Below, piece after piece: positions 1 through 7,351 of a DNA stretch of 30,500 bases; the first letter of the stretch is position 1, and each line of letters begins with the position of its first letter. Where the stretch lies: positions 1 through 30,500 of the forward strand of contig JAFYMM010000160.1 in assembly GCA_017550055.1 (NCBI GenBank), given 5' to 3'. Under the pieces are notes generated by a model. It worked only from the letters and a program-made list of their open reading frames with translations, made no database searches and had not been told where the DNA came from. This stretch comes from Paludibacteraceae bacterium (GTDB lineage Bacteria > Bacteroidota > Bacteroidia > Bacteroidales > Paludibacteraceae). A program made the position numbers and the translations under genes.

Positions 1-968
1 CCGATGGTTTCGGCAATTTTTAGTCCGTCGGTGCCTTCGGTGATGCCCCAAACGCGTTCGCCATATTGGAGAATTTTGTTGCGTTTTTGTTCGCTAAGGA
101 CAGTCATAGTGGCAGGGAGCACTACGGCAAGAGATTCGCCATGTGTAACGCCATGAAGCGCTGTGAGCTCGTGACCGATGTTGTGAGTTGCCCAGTCTTG
201 AGGCACGCCCATAGAGATGAAGCGGTTGAGCGCCATAGTGGCACAGAACATATATTGCGACATGAGGTCGTAGTCGCGAGGGTTTTCTTGGATTTGCGGT
301 GCGATTTCGATGAGAGTTTGGAGAATGCCTTCAGCCCAACGGTCGATGAGTGGGTTGATGTTGGTGTCGGTGAGGTATTGCTCCATAACATGCACGAAAG
401 AGTCGGCAATGCCACAAGCGACTTGATATGGTGGAATAGAGTAGGTTACCTCTGGGTCGAGGATAGAGAATTGTGGGTGATAAGAGTAGAAAGCAAACTT
501 CTCTTTAGTAGCGAGATTGGAGATTACGGCACCATTGTTCATCTCGGAACCAGTGGCAGGCATAGTCATTACAGAGGCAAAAGGGATTGCACCGTTGACT
601 TTTTTAGGGTCGCGCACGAGTTCCCAAGCGTCGCCATCGTAGCAGATAGCGCAGGCGATTAGTTTAGTGCCATCGAGAGTAGAGCCACCACCTACGGCAA
701 TGATGAATTCGACGTTTTCGGCCTTGCCGAGTTCGATAGCACGGCGAAGAGTTTCGACTTTAGGGTTAGGTTCGATGCCCCAAAATTCGACGATTTCATG
801 GCCTTTGAGGGCATTGATGACTTGGTCGTAAACGCCATTTTGTTTGACACTACCACCACCGAATGTGAGCATTATTTTGGTAGGACGAGAGAATTGGTTT
901 TCGATTTTGGCGATTGAGCCTTTTCCGAAGATTAGTTTTGTTGGGTTTTGAAATTCGAAATTAAGCAT
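1..968 (-). CDS. yqhD: Iron-containing NAD(P)H-dependent alcohol/butanol dehydrogenase (YqhD/BdhA family), 3' end runs off the window
   Basis: Manual translation from ATG at 968: MLNFEFQNPTKLIFGKGSI...TFGGGSVKQNG...GIEPNPKVET...AVGGGSTLDGTK...TMPATGSEMN...DWATHNIGHELTALHGVTHGESLA. GGGS nucleotide-binding motifs and metal-binding His residues are present. Absent from the ORF track because there is no stop in the window. Confidence 0.9.
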   Translation of the reverse strand, partial: MLNFEFQNPTKLIFGKGSIAKIENQFSRPTKIMLTFGGGSVKQNGVYDQVINALKGHEIVEFWGIEPNPKVETLRRAIELGKAENVEFIIAVGGGSTLDGTKLIACAICYDGDAWELVRDPKKVNGAIPFASVMTMPATGSEMNNGAVISNLATKEKFAFYSYHPQFSILDPEVTYSIPPYQVACGIADSFVHVMEQYLTDTNINPLIDRWAEGILQTLIEIAPQIQENPRDYDLMSQYMFCATMALNRFISMGVPQDWATHNIGHELTALHGVTHGESLAVVLPATMTVLSEQKRNKILQYGERVWGITEGTDGLKIAETI

Positions 969-1019
969 AGTATTAGATTTTTATTAGTGATTTTTGTTTG
1001 AGAGGGTTTACTGAAATAA

Positions 1020-1027
1020 CAAAGTTA
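1020..1027 (-). promoter_or_regulatory. Bacteroidota sigma-A -7 element upstream of the alcohol dehydrogenase
   Basis: TAACTTTG on the minus strand (consensus TAnnTTTG), about 50 nt before the ATG at 968. Confidence 0.6.
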
Positions 1028-1175
1028 CTTCTTTGTAGGGATTTTTAGACAGAATGACATAAGGACATAATTACTTCATTTTATATATACCTTGCTGAAA
1101 AACAAGTTTTTCATCTTGGCAAAAGAATGACATATTTGCCATTCGGATATATTTTTACTTTGCATATATTTTTAT

Positions 1176-3005
1176 TTAAATGTTTTGCATGTCGTAGAGT
1201 TTTTTGTATTGGCCGTTGAGGGCGATGAGTTGGTCGTGGGTGCCTTGTTCGATGATTTCGCCATCGTGGAGTACGCAGATGAGGTCGGCTGATTTAATGG
1301 TAGATAGGCGGTGGGCAATGACGATGGCTGTGCGATTTTGCATGAGATGTTCGATGGCATCTTGTACGAGGCGTTCGGACTCGGTGTCGAGAGCAGAAGT
1401 GGCTTCGTCGAGGATTAGGATAGGCGGATTTTTGAGTATTGCACGAGCAATAGATATGCGTTGGCGTTGACCGCCAGAGAGGCGAGAGCCACGGTCGCCT
1501 ATGTTGGTCTGATAGCCATCGGGTGTAGCCATGATGAAATCGTGGGCATTGGCAATGCGAGCTGCTTGTTCGACCTCGGATTGTGTAGCATGTTCGACAC
1601 CGAAAGTTATGTTGTTATATATTGTGTCGTTGAAGAGGATAGCCTCTTGGTTGACATTGCCCATGAGATAACGTAGGTCGCGGATTTTTAGTTGTTTTAT
1701 GTCTGTGCCATCGATAGAGATAGAGCCTTCGGCGGTGTCGTAGAAACGAGGGATGAGGTCGGCAAGAGTAGATTTTCCCGAGCCTGACTGACCAACGAGA
1801 GCAATGGTTTGACCCTTGCGGATTGTGAGGTTGACATTGCGTAGCACCCAATCGTTAGCATAGCGGAATGATACGTTGTGGAACTGTATTTCGTTGTTGA
1901 AAGAGCTGATAGATTGAGGGTTTTGCGTTTCGACGATTGGGTTCTGAGCGTCGAGGATTGCGTCGATGCGTTGGAGCGAAGCCATGCCCTTTTGGATGCT
2001 ATAGCCAGCGCGAGAAAGCTCCTTGAAAGGATTGATGATAGAGTAGAAGATGACAAGATAGTAGATAAATTCGGGCGCAGTGATGCCACCATTGCCCGAT
2101 AGGATGAGATAGCCACCATACCAGAGGAGAATGGCAATGACGGCAGTGCCGAGAAATTCGCTGACAGGGTGGGCAAGGAAATAGCGAGTGTGTATGCGAT
2201 TGAACGTGTGGCGGATAGACTCGTTGAGAGAGTGGAAGCGGTGGTTTAGTTTTGCTTCGGCATTGAAAGCCTTGATGATGCGTAGTCCGCCGAGAGTCTC
2301 TTCGATTTGAGCAATAAGTTCGCCCGAGAGTTGCTGTCCGAGAAGCGATTTGCGTTTGAGCGATTTGCCTATGCGCCCGATGAGCAATCCGCTGATTGGC
2401 AATAGAATTAGCACGAATATAGTAAGTCGCCAACTCATAGTGAATAGCACGATGAGGTAGAGGAGAATCATTATAGGATTTTTGAAAATAGTCTCGAGCG
2501 AGGCAATGATTGAGGCCTCGATTTCCACCACGTCGTTGGTCATACGGCTGATGATGTCGCCCTTTTTCTCGTGGGAGAAGTAGCCGAGATGGAGCGATGT
2601 GATTTTGTGGTAGATGGTGTTGCGAATGTCGCGCAAGATGCCAGTGCGGATAGGCACGAGCGAAGCCGAGGCAAGAAAAGCCGAGAGCGTTTTGAGCAGA
2701 GTCATCACGATGAGATATATGCCTAACAGCATGAGGGCGGTGGATGCACCGTGTTGATTTATAAGCGATTCGATGTAGGCGTATATGTTGTTTTTCGCTA
2801 TGTCGAGGAATGATTCGAGAGAAGTGATTTGCGAGAAAGGGATGTGGCTATGGGCGTTGGAATCCATGCCGAAGAGGATTTGCAAAATCGGTATGATTGA
2901 AGCAAACGAGAATAGATTGAATATGGCAGTGATGAGGTTGAGCAATATGTTGGCAACCACATACCACCTATATGGAGAGAGAAAACGTCGGAATAGCGAA
3001 AACAT
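1176..3005 (-). CDS. MsbA-like ABC exporter, fused permease and ATP-binding domains
   Basis: 609 aa; N-terminal transmembrane domain, Walker A GQSGSGKS, signature LSGGQRQR, Walker B ILILDEATSALD, H-loop IAHRLST. Confidence 0.93.
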   Translation of the reverse strand: MFSLFRRFLSPYRWYVVANILLNLITAIFNLFSFASIIPILQILFGMDSNAHSHIPFSQITSLESFLDIAKNNIYAYIESLINQHGASTALMLLGIYLIVMTLLKTLSAFLASASLVPIRTGILRDIRNTIYHKITSLHLGYFSHEKKGDIISRMTNDVVEIEASIIASLETIFKNPIMILLYLIVLFTMSWRLTIFVLILLPISGLLIGRIGKSLKRKSLLGQQLSGELIAQIEETLGGLRIIKAFNAEAKLNHRFHSLNESIRHTFNRIHTRYFLAHPVSEFLGTAVIAILLWYGGYLILSGNGGITAPEFIYYLVIFYSIINPFKELSRAGYSIQKGMASLQRIDAILDAQNPIVETQNPQSISSFNNEIQFHNVSFRYANDWVLRNVNLTIRKGQTIALVGQSGSGKSTLADLIPRFYDTAEGSISIDGTDIKQLKIRDLRYLMGNVNQEAILFNDTIYNNITFGVEHATQSEVEQAARIANAHDFIMATPDGYQTNIGDRGSRLSGGQRQRISIARAILKNPPILILDEATSALDTESERLVQDAIEHLMQNRTAIVIAHRLSTIKSADLICVLHDGEIIEQGTHDQLIALNGQYKKLYDMQNI

Positions 3006-3010
3006 AATTT

Positions 3011-3045
3011 AATGAGGAATGAGGAGTTAGGAATGAGGATTGAAT
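3011..3045. repeat. Heptamer tandem array (AATGAGG family) in the 5' leader of the ABC transporter
   Basis: aatgagg aatgagg agttagg aatgagg attgaat. Confidence 0.8.
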
Positions 3046-3071
3046 AAATAGCAACATAGTGAATAGTTGTG

Positions 3072-3102
3072 CAAAGGTAATAAAAAATGCACAATGCACA
3101 AA
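3072..3102 (-). promoter_or_regulatory. Sigma-A promoter for the ABC transporter (-33/-7)
   Basis: Minus strand TTTG (3102-3099) - N19 - TACCTTTG (3079-3072), matching TTTG-N19-21-TAnnTTTG. Confidence 0.75.
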
Positions 3103-3113
3103 GCACAAAGCAC
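3086..3113. repeat. Heptamer tandem array (AA[T/A]GCAC family)
   Basis: aatgcac aatgcac aaagcac aaagcac. Confidence 0.85.
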
Positions 3114-3156
3114 AATTTTTTTCGATTTTAAGTTGGATTGTTTCGATTTTTTTTCT

Positions 3157-3164
3157 TATCTTTG
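3157..3164 (+). promoter_or_regulatory. Sigma-A -7 element for dnaX
   Basis: TATCTTTG followed by CA, 37 nt upstream of the dnaX ATG; -33 element imperfect. Confidence 0.7.
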
Positions 3165-3201
3165 CATGTTTTTAGTAGATAGGCATAATACTATTATAAT
3201 T

Positions 3202-4989
3202 ATGGAACAATATATTGTATCGGCGCGTAAGTATCGTCCGCAGACGTTTATGTCGGTGGTAGGTCAGGCTGCGTTGACTGCAACGTTAAAGAATGCGATA
3301 GCCAACAAGCATTTGGCTCATGCGTATTTGTTTTGCGGTCCGCGTGGAGTGGGCAAGACCACATGTGCGCGTATATTTGCAAAGACAATCAACTGCTTGA
3401 ATCCTACGGCACAAGGCGAGGCATGCAACGAGTGTGAATCGTGTCGAGCATTCAACGAGCAGCGTTCGTTCAACATTCATGAACTGGATGCTGCGTCGAA
3501 TAACTCGGTAGATGACATCCGTAATCTAGTTGACCAAGTGCGTATTCCGCCTCAAATCGGCAAATATAGCGTTTATATAGTCGATGAGGTGCATATGTTG
3601 TCGGCGGCGGCGTTCAATGCCTTTTTGAAGACATTGGAGGAGCCACCTACGCATGCTATATTTATACTTGCAACGACCGAGAAACACAAGATTATACCAA
3701 CCATTTTGTCGCGTTGTCAGATATATGATTTCAATCGTATAACAATCAACGACACAGTGGCGCACTTGCAGTATGTGGCGAAGAATGAGGGCGTTGATGC
3801 CGAAGAGATGGCACTGAACGTGATAGCACAAAAAGCCGACGGAGCGATGCGCGATGCATTGTCGATATTCGACCAAGTGGTGAGTTTTTGTGGCAATAAG
3901 ATTACGTATCAAGGCGTTATCTCCAATTTGAACGTATTGGACTACGACTACTATTTCCGTTTGGTAGATGCCCTGTTGGGCAACCGAGTGCCAGAGGCAT
4001 TGATGATATTCGATGAGGTGTTGAGCAAAGGATTCGAAGGTCAGCATTTCGTTGGAGGCTTGTCGTCGCATTTGCGTGATTTGATGGTTAGTCGCGACGA
4101 GATGACATTGCCATTATTGGAAGTAGGCGAATTGGTAGCCGAAAAATATAAAGAACAAGCCAAACGATGCGAAAATTGGTGGTTGTATAAGGCGTTGGAG
4201 TATGCCAACGATTGCGATTTAGCGTATCGTGCGAGTCGTAACAAGAGGTTGTTGGTCGAGGTGATGTTGATTCGAGTGTCAGGATTGATAGCAGGAGGCA
4301 TACAACCAAAAAAAGCTGAACCGGAGTTGCCATTAATGACTGTTGAGTCAACTTCGGGAGAACAAAAAAACAGTCAACAGTCAGTAGTTAATAGTCAACA
4401 GGTGGCGGTTGGTAGTCAACAGGTGGCAGTTGGTAGTCAACAAGTGGCGGTTGGGGCGCAATCGGTAGCGAGTGGACATACGCCAATTGTGGTGCAAAAG
4501 CCTAAGGTAGTAACAGTTTCGTTGAAACCTACGCCTGCGCCAGTTGTGCCACAAGAGTCCGTGCCAGCGTCGGTTGTCGATGAAGGCGAGGCAATGTCTG
4601 ATGTCGTTGTAAATCAAGAAGTAAAGCAACGCAGTTTTACGAATGATGAACTATTGCAAGCATGGCGCATGTATGCCAAGAAGATAGAAGGCGAGTTGCA
4701 CACATTCAACACGATGATGAACTTCTTGCCAGAGCGCAATGGCGAAACATCAATCATCGTCAAGTTGATAAACACCATGCAACTCGATGCCTTGAGCCGA
4801 CACAAACGCACGTTAGAGATGTTTTTGGCAAACGAGTTGGGTAATAGTGGCATTGTCGTGAATTTCTTAGTAGAGGAGCAAGTTGCGCGTCCGATGTTTT
4901 TCACTGCCGATGAAAAATTCAAGCACATGCAAGAGATAAATCCCGATTTCAAGCTTCTGAAGAGTGAATTAGGGTTGGAGATTGTGTGA
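3202..4989 (+). CDS. dnaX: DNA polymerase III subunit gamma/tau
   Basis: True start MEQYIVSARKYRPQ at 3202 (the track ORF extends back through the promoter); Walker A GPRGVGKT, Zn-module cysteines, DEVHMLS, SRC motif, low-complexity linker and C-terminal domain. Confidence 0.96.
   Translation: MEQYIVSARKYRPQTFMSVVGQAALTATLKNAIANKHLAHAYLFCGPRGVGKTTCARIFAKTINCLNPTAQGEACNECESCRAFNEQRSFNIHELDAASNNSVDDIRNLVDQVRIPPQIGKYSVYIVDEVHMLSAAAFNAFLKTLEEPPTHAIFILATTEKHKIIPTILSRCQIYDFNRITINDTVAHLQYVAKNEGVDAEEMALNVIAQKADGAMRDALSIFDQVVSFCGNKITYQGVISNLNVLDYDYYFRLVDALLGNRVPEALMIFDEVLSKGFEGQHFVGGLSSHLRDLMVSRDEMTLPLLEVGELVAEKYKEQAKRCENWWLYKALEYANDCDLAYRASRNKRLLVEVMLIRVSGLIAGGIQPKKAEPELPLMTVESTSGEQKNSQQSVVNSQQVAVGSQQVAVGSQQVAVGAQSVASGHTPIVVQKPKVVTVSLKPTPAPVVPQESVPASVVDEGEAMSDVVVNQEVKQRSFTNDELLQAWRMYAKKIEGELHTFNTMMNFLPERNGETSIIVKLINTMQLDALSRHKRTLEMFLANELGNSGIVVNFLVEEQVARPMFFTADEKFKHMQEINPDFKLLKSELGLEIV
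4293..4357 (+). promoter_or_regulatory. Candidate -1 programmed ribosomal frameshift cassette in dnaX
   Basis: AGGAGG (4293-4298), 9 nt, in-frame A_AAA_AAA (4308-4314), -1 frame AGC TGA (stop 4317-4319), 9-bp stem 4321-4329/4349-4357. Confidence 0.6.
4372..4455 (+). repeat. In-frame heptamer array (12 x 7 bp) in the dnaX linker, encoding SQQSVVN(SQQVAVG)x3
   Basis: agtcaac agtcagt agttaat agtcaac aggtggc ggttggt agtcaac aggtggc agttggt agtcaac aagtggc ggttggg. Confidence 0.85.
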
Positions 4990-5011
4990 TGCGTCCGCTA
5001 AATATAAAGAT

Positions 5012-5047
5012 AAAAGACAAGAGATTTTTTTCTCTTGTCTTTTTTTT
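5012..5047 (+). terminator. Intrinsic terminator of dnaX, probably bidirectional
   Basis: AAAAGACAAGAGA-TTTTTT-TCTCTTGTCTTTT followed by a T-run; the A-run on the 5' side gives a U-tract on the minus strand. Confidence 0.85.
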
Positions 5048-5126
5048 GTTGATGCTTCGCTCGATTACTCGATGCGAATATAGTGCTTTGGGGGATTGTT
5101 GACATGAGAATAGAGGAGTTTTTTTG

Positions 5127-5134
5127 CAAAGTTA
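5127..5134 (-). promoter_or_regulatory. Orphan -7 element with no convincing downstream gene
   Basis: TAACTTTGCA on the minus strand, pointing toward the dnaX terminator. Confidence 0.45.
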
Positions 5135-5202
5135 CGACATTTGGGATGTATGCTGTAGGTTTGGGTAGGTTTAAGTTGGAAATGTAGGTTTATTCTTAAA
5201 AA

Positions 5203-5260
5203 AATGAGGAATGAGGCGATTGGGCTAATTAGTCGAATTAGTCCGATTGGTCGATTTGGA
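5203..5260. repeat. Short tandem repeats: two AATGAGG heptamers and four degenerate 9-mers
   Basis: aatgagg aatgagg (5203-5216); ctaattagt cgaattagt ccgattggt cgatttgga (5225-5260). Confidence 0.65.
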
Positions 5261-5273
5261 TTTTTTGTGGGTG

Positions 5274-5448
5274 AATACACACTCTCATTGTGTATTCTTT
5301 AAGTCGGTTTACTCCTTTTTAGATCGTGAATAGACTAATATCCAACAAAATAAATAATATTTCTTTTGTTTTCGTTAAAATGGCGGTTTTCTTCGGTGCA
5401 GGTTGCTTGAGGGTATTTAGAGGGTAGTACACAATGAGAGTGTGTATT
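5274..5448. repeat. Perfect 21-bp inverted repeat pair flanking a 133-bp segment
   Basis: AATACACACTCTCATTGTGTA (5274-5294) and its exact reverse complement TACACAATGAGAGTGTGTATT (5428-5448). Confidence 0.85.
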
Positions 5449-5567
5449 TTTTTCGGCATATTTTGACTTTTGAAATGAACTAATCAGTTGGAAATTTCTT
5501 AAAATTTGTTTAATATGTCGTAGAGTTTGCGCTTCGGAAATTGATTTTTATAGTTTTGATGGTCAAT

Positions 5568-5664
5568 GTAGGTACGTAACCTGCTACGTTCGATGAACAG
5601 AAAGGGCAAAATTTATTGATTTTCGGTCTTGCGACCGAGGGGACACAGCACGTCGTGTCCCTAC
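5568..5664. mobile_element. REPIN/BIME-like pair of convergent GTAG-type REP palindromes
   Basis: Plus strand GTAG-GT-ACGTA-ACCTGC-TACGT (5568-5589); minus strand GTAG-GGACAC-GACGTGCT-GTGTCC (5664-5641); extra hairpin TCGGTC-TTGC-GACCGA between them. Confidence 0.55.
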
Positions 5665-5754
5665 AATAATTGTATATTACACCCTCTGGCTGTGCGATAT
5701 CTCTGCGACCACTATTGCATCGACTTGCCAGATGAGAAGAAATAAGTACCCATG

Positions 5755-5783
5755 AAAAAAGGCTACCTTGTGGGGTAGCCTTT
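5755..5783 (-). terminator. Intrinsic terminator of the MFS-glk-DUF695 transcript
   Basis: GGCTACC / GGTAGCC stem with a 6-nt U-tract on the minus strand, just after the stop at 5789. Confidence 0.85.
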
Positions 5784-5788
5784 ATAAT

Positions 5789-6229
5789 TTACTCTTCGTC
5801 GATGAATTGTTTGATTTCGGACATTTCTTGGTATTCGTTCCAATCTGGGTCGTTTTCGACGTAGAGGGTGATTGGGAGTTGCGGGAATGGAGCAAGGGCT
5901 TCGTTGAGGCGTTCGCCAAAGACACGCGATGTGCGAGCGTAGAAGACAAGGGTGCGCTCGCCTGTGCCTGTGTACATGCCTGTGAGGATGGCGAGTTTGT
6001 CTTTTTCGACCGCAAGGCGTAGGGCTTCGACCACTTGTTCCATCAGTTCGCCATCGGCATCGGATGGCATACCGTTGTGGTGGGAGTCGTATTTCCAATA
6101 GATTTCGACACGTTCTTTGAATTTGCCAGAAAGGCGAAATTCGTCCATGTCGTCGCGTCCTGTTATGAAGATAGGCATGCCATTGTCGGCCTCTGCCATG
6201 GTGCTAAACCAATTGTCTGTTAGTTTCAT
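5789..6229 (-). CDS. DUF695 domain-containing protein
   Basis: 146 aa; W-Y-x-x-x-x-NGMP, ILTGxYTG-G-R-xx-FY and C-terminal DPDWNEY motifs recognised from memory of the family. Confidence 0.75.
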   Translation of the reverse strand: MKLTDNWFSTMAEADNGMPIFITGRDDMDEFRLSGKFKERVEIYWKYDSHHNGMPSDADGELMEQVVEALRLAVEKDKLAILTGMYTGTGERTLVFYARTSRVFGERLNEALAPFPQLPITLYVENDPDWNEYQEMSEIKQFIDEE

Positions 6230-6233
6230 AATA

Positions 6234-6311
6234 AATTTGAAATTTGAAAGTTAAAATTTGAAAGTTGATTGTAAAATATAATTTTCAAATTTCACATTTC
6301 AACTTTCAAAT
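6234..6311. repeat. Two heptamer arrays in inverted orientation filling the glk-DUF695 spacer
   Basis: aatttga aatttga aagttaa aatttga aagttga - 15 nt - ttcaaat ttcacat ttcaact ttcaaat. Confidence 0.8.
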
Positions 6312-6316
6312 CTTAT

Positions 6317-7279
6317 TTAGAGTTCCCAAGCGAGAGCACTTGCGCCGAGGATGGCGGCGTCGCTTTCGTTGAGGGTAGAGAAGAGGACTTTGATTTTGTT
6401 GCGCCAAATAGGTACGAGGTTGAGATTCATGCTTTCGACGATAGGCTTGTAGATGAGGTCGCCAGCCTTGGTGAGACCGCCGAAGAGGATAATAGCTTCA
6501 GGAGCAGAGAAGGCTACGAAATCGGCAAATTTTTCGCCAAGCATGCGTCCTGTGAAAGCAAAGATGTCTTTTGCCACTTCGTCGCCTTGGATGGCTGCGT
6601 CGAAAACATCTTTTGATGTGATGTTTTCGGCTGGGATATTGCGAAGGAGAGTTTTGCGGTCGGTGAGTTCGATGATTTCGCGAGCAGTGCGTGCCACGCC
6701 CATAGCCGAAGCATAGGTTTCGAGACAGCCAGTCTTGCCACAACCACAGATGCGACCATTGTTGCGCACGGCACAAGTGTGGCCAAGTTCGCCAGCAAAG
6801 CCGTCGTGACCATAGACAACATCGCCATTGATGACAATGCCAGAGCCTACGCCTGTGCCGAGAGTAATCATGATGAAGTTTTTCATGCCTCGCGCAGCAC
6901 CGTATGTCATTTCGCCTACGGCAGCAGCATTGGCATCGTTGGTGAGAGCCACAGGGATGCCAACTCGTTCTTTGAGCATATCGGCAAAGTGAACGACTTG
7001 ATTTTTAGCCCATGTGAGATTGGCTGCACTCTCGATGCAACCAGTGTAGTAGTTGCCATTAGGTGCGCCTACGCCGATGCCACGGAAATCTTCGATAGAA
7101 TATTCGTTTTCGATGAGTTTTTTGATGCCTTCGGCAAGGTCGTTGATAAACTCTTCTGGATTATTTTGTGTGTTGCTGCGAATAGCAGTTTGTTTAAGTA
7201 CATTGCCACGTGCATCGACAACGCCAAATTTGGCTGTTTGTCCTCCAAGGTCGATGCCAATTACATAGGGTTTGCTCAT
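6317..7279 (-). CDS. glk: ROK family sugar kinase (glucokinase-like)
   Basis: 320 aa; GIDLGG, NDANAAAVGE, TLGTGVGSG, GELGH, CGCGKTGCLE; no N-terminal HTH, so not a ROK repressor. Confidence 0.88.
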   Translation of the reverse strand: MSKPYVIGIDLGGQTAKFGVVDARGNVLKQTAIRSNTQNNPEEFINDLAEGIKKLIENEYSIEDFRGIGVGAPNGNYYTGCIESAANLTWAKNQVVHFADMLKERVGIPVALTNDANAAAVGEMTYGAARGMKNFIMITLGTGVGSGIVINGDVVYGHDGFAGELGHTCAVRNNGRICGCGKTGCLETYASAMGVARTAREIIELTDRKTLLRNIPAENITSKDVFDAAIQGDEVAKDIFAFTGRMLGEKFADFVAFSAPEAIILFGGLTKAGDLIYKPIVESMNLNLVPIWRNKIKVLFSTLNESDAAILGASALAWEL

Positions 7280-7351
7280 AGTTATTAGTGTGTAGTTATT
7301 AGTGAATAGTTATTAGTGTAATTTTCAACTCTCAATTCTCAACTTTCAATT
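7280..7351. repeat. Two abutting heptamer arrays; the second overlaps the MFS stop codon
   Basis: agttatt agtgtgt agttatt agtgaat agttatt agtgtaa; then ttcaact ctcaatt ctcaact ttcaatt (7324-7351). Confidence 0.8.

Noticed and set aside
66-662. 198-aa plus-strand ORF in the track
   Set aside because: Antisense shadow of the alcohol dehydrogenase gene, which has clear family motifs
3067-3201. 45-aa N-terminal extension of DnaX given by the track
   Set aside because: It spans both promoters and a heptamer array; the conserved protein begins at MEQYIVSARKYRP (3202)
5065-5280. 71-aa minus-strand ORF (…PIGLIRLISPI…)
   Set aside because: Translation of 7- and 9-bp repeats with a promoter motif inside it; no family features
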